A DNA stretch of 64,000 nucleotides from the NCBI GenBank assembly GCA_963752985.1, contig CAVWAN010000012.1, positions 98,933-162,932 on the forward strand, in the 5' to 3' direction. The position numbers and the translations under genes are program-made. The notes below the pieces were generated by a model. That model searched no databases. It had not been told where the DNA came from and was given only the letters and a program-made list of their open reading frames with translations. This DNA is from an uncultured Acidobacteriaceae bacterium (GTDB lineage: Bacteria; Acidobacteriota; Terriglobia; Terriglobales; Acidobacteriaceae). This document shows, in pieces, positions 36,196-42,971 of this stretch (its first letter is position 1; each line of letters opens with the position of its first letter).

Positions 36196-37101
36196 TTGAG
36201 TGCTAAGACCTTCTTGCGTTCAGCATTGATAGGAACTGCGGCAGCGCTTCGCGTGGATGAATTGGCCCTCGGCTTGCGGCGCTGGCTTGTCCACCGAGGT
36301 CAATCTCCCAGCATGCTGGTGATTGAAATGCACGAGACCCCGGAGCAGGACGAATCCCGCCTCCGCCAGCAGTTAGAGTGGGCAGCGCGTCATTTTATGC
36401 TGGTCGACCTTCCCACTTTTGCCCGTTTGTGGCAAGTGTATCGCACCAACCCGCGAGCATTCCGCGAGAGCAACTCTAAGCCGCCCTTGCTGTTTACTTT
36501 TGATGATGGCCGGCTGAATAACTACACCGTCGCGGCGCCGGTGCTGGAGTCTTTCGGAACGCGCGGGGTTTTCTTTGTGGTTCCGCAGTTTGTGCAATGC
36601 AATCCACAGGAAGCGCGCCAGTTCTACTATTCACGCATCGATACGCGGCAGCTTCCGCCCAATCTCCCCAAAGAAGAAACGCGCTCCATGACGCCCCAGC
36701 AAATCGCGGATCTAGCGCGCCGCGGGCACTCCATTGGCAACCACACGTTCTCGCATGTGAATCTCCGCACCTTGCCCGAAAGTCAGTTGCATCACGAGAT
36801 CGTGGAGAGCGCCGCACAAATCGCCGCTTGGGCGGGGCAGCCCGCGGATGCCTTTGCCTGGACGTTTTCGTGGGACTCGATCACTCCTTTTGCCTGGAAG
36901 CTGATCCAGCAGCATCACCGCTTCTGCTTTGCGCCTTGCCCCGGTTCCGTGGATTGCCGCGCTGACTCGCAGAGTCTGATCTGGCGCACGGAAGTGGAGG
37001 TAGCTTATCCGCCGTCGGATTTCCGCTTCATGTACGCTGGGCTGGCCGACCCCCTGTGGCGGAGCAAGCGAGTGCGCCTGCGAGCTGCGCTGGAAGAATA
37101 A
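36196..37101 (+). CDS. polysaccharide deacetylase (NodB homology, CE4) family protein
   Basis: LLFTFDDGRLNNY (TFDDG motif), RGVFFV and GHSIGNHTFSH. Confidence 0.8.
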   Translation: MSAKTFLRSALIGTAAALRVDELALGLRRWLVHRGQSPSMLVIEMHETPEQDESRLRQQLEWAARHFMLVDLPTFARLWQVYRTNPRAFRESNSKPPLLFTFDDGRLNNYTVAAPVLESFGTRGVFFVVPQFVQCNPQEARQFYYSRIDTRQLPPNLPKEETRSMTPQQIADLARRGHSIGNHTFSHVNLRTLPESQLHHEIVESAAQIAAWAGQPADAFAWTFSWDSITPFAWKLIQQHHRFCFAPCPGSVDCRADSQSLIWRTEVEVAYPPSDFRFMYAGLADPLWRSKRVRLRAALEE

Positions 37102-37278
37102 AGTTCATCAATGAAAGCCCCGAAACAGTTGCTCCGCACCGCCCACGAGTTGTATAGTTCCTACCAATCAACATTTCATCACACGGCGCGGGAAACCCTG
37201 TCTGAAGAAATAGAGTGAAACGTCCGCGCGCACGTGATCTAAAGTGCCGGGTGTTTCAGCCGGAAGGGAACTGTAATT

Positions 37279-38823
37279 TTGACGCTCCTGTTCTTTGGGC
37301 TTTTTGCGTTTTCGCTGGTTGTGTCCTTTGTCGCAACCCGCGAAGTACGGGACCTGGCAACCCGCCGAGGCTGGGTTTCGCTGCCGCAAGACGGGCGGCA
37401 CGTTCACCAGACCCCGCTTCCCCGGCTGGGGGGCGTGGCGATTTTCCTGGCTTTTTCGGTCAGCTTGGGCGTGTGGCTGGGACTCTCGCTGGTCTTTCCG
37501 CGGCTGGTCGATGGCCTTGCTCCCACCACAATTCTTCAAATCTATGTTCCGGCCTGCCTGATTTTTTGTCTTGGTATCTACGACGACCTCCGCGGCGCAG
37601 GTCCATATTTGAAGTTTGCCGTGCAAGCGATCGCCGCTGCGATGCTGTTCGCCGGCGGAATGCGCGTTCTCAATCTTCCACTGATCTTCGGTTCCCATTC
37701 GCTGCCCTGGTTCGTCGGGTTACCCCTTACGGTGTTGTGGGTGGTTGCGGTTACCAATGCCTTCAATCTCATTGACGGCTTGGACGGCCTAGCCGCTGGA
37801 TCGGCCTTATTTTCGACCATGGTGGTCTTTGTCGTCTCGCTGGTCACCCATTCCTGGCTGGGCTCCCTGATGAGCGTGACACTGGCCGGCGCCATTTTGG
37901 GATTCCTGCGCTTCAACTTCAATCCGGCCACGATTTTTCTGGGTGACTCGGGGAGCCTGTTCATTGGGTTCATGCTCAGCGCGCTGGCTCTGGCGGGAGC
38001 GGAGAAAGCGCCAACCTTCGTGGCTGTGGCCATCCCTGTGGTCTCGTTCGGTTTGCCGATTCTGGAAACCATGCTATCCATTATCCGCCGGTTGATCAGC
38101 GGGCGGCCGATCTTCACCGCCGATCGCGAGCATATCCACCACAAATTGTTGCAGATGGGTTTCTCGCATCGCCAGGTGGTCATCGTTCTCTACGCCGTTT
38201 CCGCCGTCTTTGCCATGCTCAGCCTGTTCCTGCTTTGGCCCACGGGCAGCACTCTGGGACTGGTGCTGGCGGTGGTGGGGACCGGCGTCTGGCTGGGGGT
38301 CCAGCACCTGAACTACCTCGAGTTTGGCGAACTGCGGCGCGTGGCCCAGCGCACCATCGAGCAGCGGCACATCGTGATCAACAATCTTTCCGTTCGCCGC
38401 GCCGTCGAGGAACTCAAAGCGGCTGGCAATTTCGATCAGGTACGCAGAGTCCTGGTCGCGGCCTTCGATAGCAACGATTTCGATGCCTTCGAACTGCACC
38501 TCAAGTCCATGCCCGATGATCGGACAGTGCCCGGCGAAACCGGCCGCCACTTTCACTGGAGCAAGTTGCCTCACATGGCGGCAATTTCCAGCCAGCCTTC
38601 ATGGAAACTGACGCTGGACTTGGTGACCACTGCGAACCGCTCCCGCGGCTCGCTCGTCGTATACCGCATCTACAGCCAGCGCGATCTGCAATTGGATGTC
38701 AACCTCCTGACGTCCGAGTTTCCCGTTACCCTGGCGGACGCGCTCGATCGAGTATTGACCACGCCTGAGGTTCTCGTCCCAGCTGAGCAAGGTGATACGC
38801 CGGTCCTGGCCGCCAACCTGTAA
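37279..38823 (+). CDS. undecaprenyl-phosphate HexNAc-1-phosphate transferase (WecA/MraY family) with a ~170-aa C-terminal extension
   Basis: PRLGGVAIFLAF, YDDLRG, VTNAFNLIDGLDGLAAG, FLGDSGSLFIGF and HIHHKLL. The region after about residue 345 (38310-38823) is soluble and matches no family I recognise. Confidence 0.85.
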   Translation: MTLLFFGLFAFSLVVSFVATREVRDLATRRGWVSLPQDGRHVHQTPLPRLGGVAIFLAFSVSLGVWLGLSLVFPRLVDGLAPTTILQIYVPACLIFCLGIYDDLRGAGPYLKFAVQAIAAAMLFAGGMRVLNLPLIFGSHSLPWFVGLPLTVLWVVAVTNAFNLIDGLDGLAAGSALFSTMVVFVVSLVTHSWLGSLMSVTLAGAILGFLRFNFNPATIFLGDSGSLFIGFMLSALALAGAEKAPTFVAVAIPVVSFGLPILETMLSIIRRLISGRPIFTADREHIHHKLLQMGFSHRQVVIVLYAVSAVFAMLSLFLLWPTGSTLGLVLAVVGTGVWLGVQHLNYLEFGELRRVAQRTIEQRHIVINNLSVRRAVEELKAAGNFDQVRRVLVAAFDSNDFDAFELHLKSMPDDRTVPGETGRHFHWSKLPHMAAISSQPSWKLTLDLVTTANRSRGSLVVYRIYSQRDLQLDVNLLTSEFPVTLADALDRVLTTPEVLVPAEQGDTPVLAANL

Positions 38824-38908
38824 CGTAGGGACAGCCGCCCTCGGCTGTCCGACGGAAAACCCGCTCTACGCCGGATATTGCTCCCTTCCTTGCCATCCCT
38901 GAGTTAAT

Positions 38909-40729
38909 ATGGAGGCAATTATGGATCAGAGCACTCTCCGATTGCCGGATCCAGTCGCGGGTTTCCCCAACCGAGAGCGGCGCCGTTCGGTTCGTCAAAA
39001 ACTCCACACTCCGGTTTACGCCAGTTTCAATGGCCCGCAGACCGGCATGGTAGTGGACCTGAGCGAGTTACTGGACCTGCACGAAGAGGGCTTCGCCGTC
39101 CGAACCAGTGAGCGGCTGGAAACGAACCACGCCGTAACCCTTTGCCTCGATCTGTCGGAAACCAAAAGTTACATTCACAGCAGTGGTCAAGTGGTCTGGA
39201 GCGATGACACTGGCCGCGGAGGCATCCGCTTCTCCGGGCTTTCGGAGAGTTCACGCCAAGTATTGCGACAATGGCTCTTTGCCAACCTGCTGGTAGCCTG
39301 CTCCAATCACGCTGCCCGCACCGAACAACTCACGCGGCGCAAGAATGACGAAGAGAAATTAGCGCAGCCCGTGTTGGTGAGTGAAGCTCCCAACGTCGTC
39401 CCGATCGTCTCTCGTGTAGAGACGGGGCTTGCCCCGTCTCAGACGCGGCAAGCCGCGTCTCTACAGGTGGAGGCGGTTCGCCGCGAGGTCCGTGAGATCG
39501 GTGACGACGTCGAAGCCGTCTTGCTGCTTGTCACCGAGCGTGCCTTGTCGCTTACCGGAGCCAGCGGCGCGGCCCTGGCGTTGCTCACCGACGGCAAGAT
39601 GGTCTGCCGGGCGCGGGCCGGTGAACCCGCTCCGCCACTGGGAGCCCCCGTGGACGCAAAACAAGGGCTGTCTGGAGAATGCGTTCGCAATGGCCTCCTC
39701 GTCTCGTGCGAGGACACGGGCAACGATCCGCGCATCGATCCCGAAGTCTGTCGCGCACTGGGTATTGGCTCGCTCATGGCCACTCCCATCGTGTCCGATT
39801 TCCGGGTGGTGGGTCTGCTGGAGATTTTCTCTCCGCACTCCCGAAATTTCACGAAGGTCCATGAGACGGTTTTGGAGCGGCTCGTCGAAATGATTCCCAA
39901 AACCCATCGTGAAAAAAGACAGCCTGAAAGCATCCAGCCCGAGGCAACTCAGCCGGAAACGCCTATTGGCTCAGAAGCTGTGCCGCAGCCTCCCGTTTCG
40001 GGGGCAAGCTCGACGGAGCCAGAAGCGACCGAGGCCACTTCGATGCACGCGACTCCCGAGGCCTTGTGGGAACAGAAGCCTGAAGTCAGCGAGCAAGCCT
40101 CGCAGACGGTCGCCGAATCCGCATCTGGAGTTCGGCCTCACTTGCTGCACTGGACGCTGCTCGGGCTGGCCATCCTGGCGGTGGCGATGGCTCTTGGCTA
40201 TTTAGTCGGGTCCACGATGCCGAGCCGTTGGACGCCCTCGCCGCAAGCATCGCAGCAGTCCGTGGTCAACGGGGCCGAGGCGGCATCGAGGGGTTCGGGG
40301 CAAAGTGCTACCGATCGTAGCTCACCCGAGCAACACGCACCAGTGAAGTCCCTGGCAGACTTGCGCAAGCTCGCCGAACGGGGAGACCCGGAAGCGCAGT
40401 GGCAAATGGGCGTGCGCTACTACGATGGAGACGGCGTTACGCACGATGACGTGCAGGCCATGAAGTGGTTCGAGTTAGCCGCCGAGCAGGGGCATATCAA
40501 TGCTCAGTCTCGTCTTGGCGCCTACTACTGGGCGGGGCGTGGAGTTCCTGTAGATTTGTTCAAATCCTATTTCTGGTCGGCAATCGCGATGCACCAAGGC
40601 GACGAAATCAGCAAGGGTCGGCTCGAAGGTTTATCTCTCCAAATGACCCGGGCGCAGGTCGCCGCCGCAAGCCAGCAAGCCGACGACTGGCTCCGCCAGC
40701 ACAATTCCGCAAAGTCCGCAAAGAACTGA
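38909..40729 (+). CDS. multidomain protein: PilZ - GAF - TM helix - Sel1/TPR-like repeats
   Basis: PilZ motifs RERRRSVRQ and DLHEEGFAV. GAF-like block ALALLTDGKMVCRARAG...SLMATPIVSDFRVVGLLEIFS. TM helix LLHWTLLGLAILAVAMALGYLV. Sel1 repeats GDPEAQWQMGVRYYDGDGV, AAEQGHINAQSRLGAYYWAGRGV. Confidence 0.75.
   Translation: MEAIMDQSTLRLPDPVAGFPNRERRRSVRQKLHTPVYASFNGPQTGMVVDLSELLDLHEEGFAVRTSERLETNHAVTLCLDLSETKSYIHSSGQVVWSDDTGRGGIRFSGLSESSRQVLRQWLFANLLVACSNHAARTEQLTRRKNDEEKLAQPVLVSEAPNVVPIVSRVETGLAPSQTRQAASLQVEAVRREVREIGDDVEAVLLLVTERALSLTGASGAALALLTDGKMVCRARAGEPAPPLGAPVDAKQGLSGECVRNGLLVSCEDTGNDPRIDPEVCRALGIGSLMATPIVSDFRVVGLLEIFSPHSRNFTKVHETVLERLVEMIPKTHREKRQPESIQPEATQPETPIGSEAVPQPPVSGASSTEPEATEATSMHATPEALWEQKPEVSEQASQTVAESASGVRPHLLHWTLLGLAILAVAMALGYLVGSTMPSRWTPSPQASQQSVVNGAEAASRGSGQSATDRSSPEQHAPVKSLADLRKLAERGDPEAQWQMGVRYYDGDGVTHDDVQAMKWFELAAEQGHINAQSRLGAYYWAGRGVPVDLFKSYFWSAIAMHQGDEISKGRLEGLSLQMTRAQVAAASQQADDWLRQHNSAKSAKN
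39416..39464. repeat. compound palindromic (REP-like) element embedded in frame inside the CDS
   Basis: gtagagac-ggggcttgcccc-gtctc|agac-gcggcaagccgc-gtctctac. It contains two adjacent perfect palindromes (39419-39440 and 39441-39460) plus outer gtagagac/gtctctac arms. Confidence 0.85.
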
Positions 40730-40825
40730 AGGAGACGTTGGTTTCCCCTGTGTCCTCCGTGTTCCCTGTGGTAAAGAACTCGCCTCTTGTAACCTGCTAG
40801 CCTCAAACAGCCGTAAAATAGGGTC

Positions 40826-41941
40826 GTGGCCACGCTGCGCGACATTCTGATGGCCGACGATCGCGTTCGCGAGGGCGATCCCGCTCTTTGGGAAAAGCTG
40901 GATCGCAATCGAGTGCGCTGCTATGCCTGCGGCCACTGCTGCCCGATTCCCGAGGGGCAACCCGGCGTCTGCAAGGTTCGCTTCAACCACGAAGGCACGC
41001 TTTACGTGCCCTGGGGCTACGTCGCCGGAGTGCAATGTGACCCGGTCGAGAAGAAGCCGTTTTTCCACGCTCACCCCGGGGCCCTCGCCTACAGTTTCGG
41101 AATGCTGGGCTGCGATCTGCACTGCGCCTACTGTCAGAACTGGGTCACGTCGCAGGCGCTGCGCGACCCGAATGCGGTGTCAGCGCCGCTGCTGGCCGAT
41201 CCGGCGCTGCTGATCAAAGATGCGGTTAACCAAGGCGCAAAAGTCGTGGTCAGCACCTATAACGAGCCGCTGATCACCAGCGAATGGGCGGTTGCGGTTT
41301 TCCGCCAGGCGCGCCAGGCGGGCTTGCTGACCGGGTTCGTTTCGAATGGCAACGGAACGCCGCAGGTGCTCGAGTATCTCCATCCCTGGATCGATCTCTA
41401 CAAAGTGGATCTCAAGAGCTTCGACGATCGCCACTATCGCCAGCTTGGCGGACGCCTGCAGCCGATCCTCGACACCATCCGCAGTTTGCACAAGATGGGC
41501 GTATGGCTGGAGATCGTTACCCTACTCATTCCCGGCTTCAACGACAGCGACGACGAACTGCGGAATATGACTGCATTTCTGGCCGGCATTTCACCAGACA
41601 TTCCCTGGCACATAACCGCTTTTCACCAGGACTACAAGATGACTTCGCCGGCCGATACGCGTCCGGAGGACTTGCTGCGCGCCGCCGCCATCGGCCGTGA
41701 AGCCGGATTGCGTTACACCTACGCGGGCAACCTTCCCGGGCAGGTGGAGGGACTGGAAGATACTCATTGTCATCAGTGTGGGGAAATGCTGATCCAGCGC
41801 TGTGGATATTCGATCAAGAAGTACAGGTTGACTCCGCAGGGCGGTTGCCCAGTGTGCCACGCGCCGCTCCCTGGCCGCTGGTCGAAGAAATTTGACGGCC
41901 AGATTGCGTCCTCGCCTTTTCTGCCCCGCAGACGTGCTTGA
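40826..41941 (+). CDS. amrS: AmmeMemoRadiSam-system radical SAM enzyme
   Basis: VRCYACGHCCPIPEGQPGVCKVR, QCDPVEKKPFFH and GCDLHCAYCQNW (CX3CX2C) are typical of AmrS/PflA-like activases. Confidence 0.8.
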   Translation: MATLRDILMADDRVREGDPALWEKLDRNRVRCYACGHCCPIPEGQPGVCKVRFNHEGTLYVPWGYVAGVQCDPVEKKPFFHAHPGALAYSFGMLGCDLHCAYCQNWVTSQALRDPNAVSAPLLADPALLIKDAVNQGAKVVVSTYNEPLITSEWAVAVFRQARQAGLLTGFVSNGNGTPQVLEYLHPWIDLYKVDLKSFDDRHYRQLGGRLQPILDTIRSLHKMGVWLEIVTLLIPGFNDSDDELRNMTAFLAGISPDIPWHITAFHQDYKMTSPADTRPEDLLRAAAIGREAGLRYTYAGNLPGQVEGLEDTHCHQCGEMLIQRCGYSIKKYRLTPQGGCPVCHAPLPGRWSKKFDGQIASSPFLPRRRA

Positions 41942-41951
41942 TTTTGGGTGG

Positions 41952-42146
41952 CGCAGCGCTTCAGCGCTGCGATCACTGCATTGTTCTGGATGCGGCTTTA
42001 GCCGCTGAGGTCGGGGACTGGAATTCACCACGGCCTGTTAAAATCCTCTCGCAACCATAGCAGGGTGTGGTGCAAGTGGGATTCGTATGAGGGCACGCCT
42101 TTAGGCGTGCCGAAAGCGCTCCTAGAATGATTACGCCTTCAGGCGC
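41952..42146. repeat. cluster of short GC-rich hairpins (REP-like) in the intergenic region
   Basis: cgcagcgct-tc-agcgctgcg (41952-41971), gcggc-ttta-gccgc (41992-42005), ggcacgcc-ttt-aggcgtgcc (42092-42111) and cgcc-ttca-ggcg (about 42134-42146). Confidence 0.7.
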
Positions 42147-42192
42147 TGGATCTCGGAGTTCGACTTCCACGACAGGCTCATAGCCAACATTC

Positions 42193-42804
42193 ATGCTCAC
42201 GACAAAAACATTGCGGCTGACGGTCCTATTGTCTCTGATGTCATTTGTTCTGGGCTGTTCTCCGCGCGATTTTCTGACGCGCCGCCTGGCCGCAGATTTG
42301 ATCTCGGCTTCCGAGACTTTCAAAGCGCCGCAAGTGTTCTGGCTCAGGACCGGTGTCGTTTCCAACAAGGATTTCAGTTCTCCCGACTTCCTGGTGCTCC
42401 AGCGCCGCGGATGGATCATCGGCACCGAGCAGAAGTGTCCCGCCGGAGTCGAGCCTCCACCCTGCTGGGACGTACTGCTGAGCCCGCTCGGAGTGGACAC
42501 CATCCGTCCTCTGATCTCGAATGCATTGCCCGACAATGGCCCGATGGCGATCCAAGTCGCGCGCCGGGAACTGCTGAGCATTTCTGGAATCAGCAAGGCC
42601 GGCAACGTCGCCGACGTCGAATTCACCTGGCGTTGGGTATCGATGAATCAAGTAGGCGCAGCGCTCTACGACAGCGGAGTGCACTACCGGTCAACGGTGG
42701 GCTTTCGCGGTTATGACGACGGCTGGCGCATCGTGGAACAAAACGTACCCAGCAACCGGCCGCTGGATGAGGCGTTGCGCGACGCTCATCCCACAGCACC
42801 TTGA
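42193..42804 (+). CDS. putative lipoprotein, unknown function
   Basis: Signal peptide with lipobox LSLMSFVLGC-S. Preferred over the overlapping minus-strand ORF 41973-42626. Confidence 0.6.
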   Translation: MLTTKTLRLTVLLSLMSFVLGCSPRDFLTRRLAADLISASETFKAPQVFWLRTGVVSNKDFSSPDFLVLQRRGWIIGTEQKCPAGVEPPPCWDVLLSPLGVDTIRPLISNALPDNGPMAIQVARRELLSISGISKAGNVADVEFTWRWVSMNQVGAALYDSGVHYRSTVGFRGYDDGWRIVEQNVPSNRPLDEALRDAHPTAP

Positions 42805-42814
42805 AAGCAGGATC

Positions 42815-42893
42815 TTGTCATCCTGAGCGAAGCGAAGGACCTGCTGTTCGCCGCGAGATGCAGAGGTCCGTCGTTTCGCTCAGGACGACACAA
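42815..42893 (+). repeat. 79-nt extended hairpin element (ctgagcgaa...tcgctcagg family)
   Basis: gtcatcctgagcgaagcga pairs with tcgtttcgctcaggacgac, and inner ggacctgc pairs with gcagaggtcc. It lies just after the lipoprotein stop and is related to the elements at 55149 and 56118. Confidence 0.7.
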
Positions 42894-42971
42894 CTGACGG
42901 CCAGGCGTTTGCCACCAACCGCGTGCGCAGTGTATACCACTTAGTTCTTCAAAACTGGTGTCGAAAAGTTT

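Noticed and set aside
41973-42626. 217-aa minus-strand ORF overlapping the lipoprotein gene
   Set aside because: Its 3' part runs through the REP-like hairpin cluster, and its composition is Ser/Arg/Pro-rich. The plus-strand ORF has a clean signal peptide and lipobox and is preferred.
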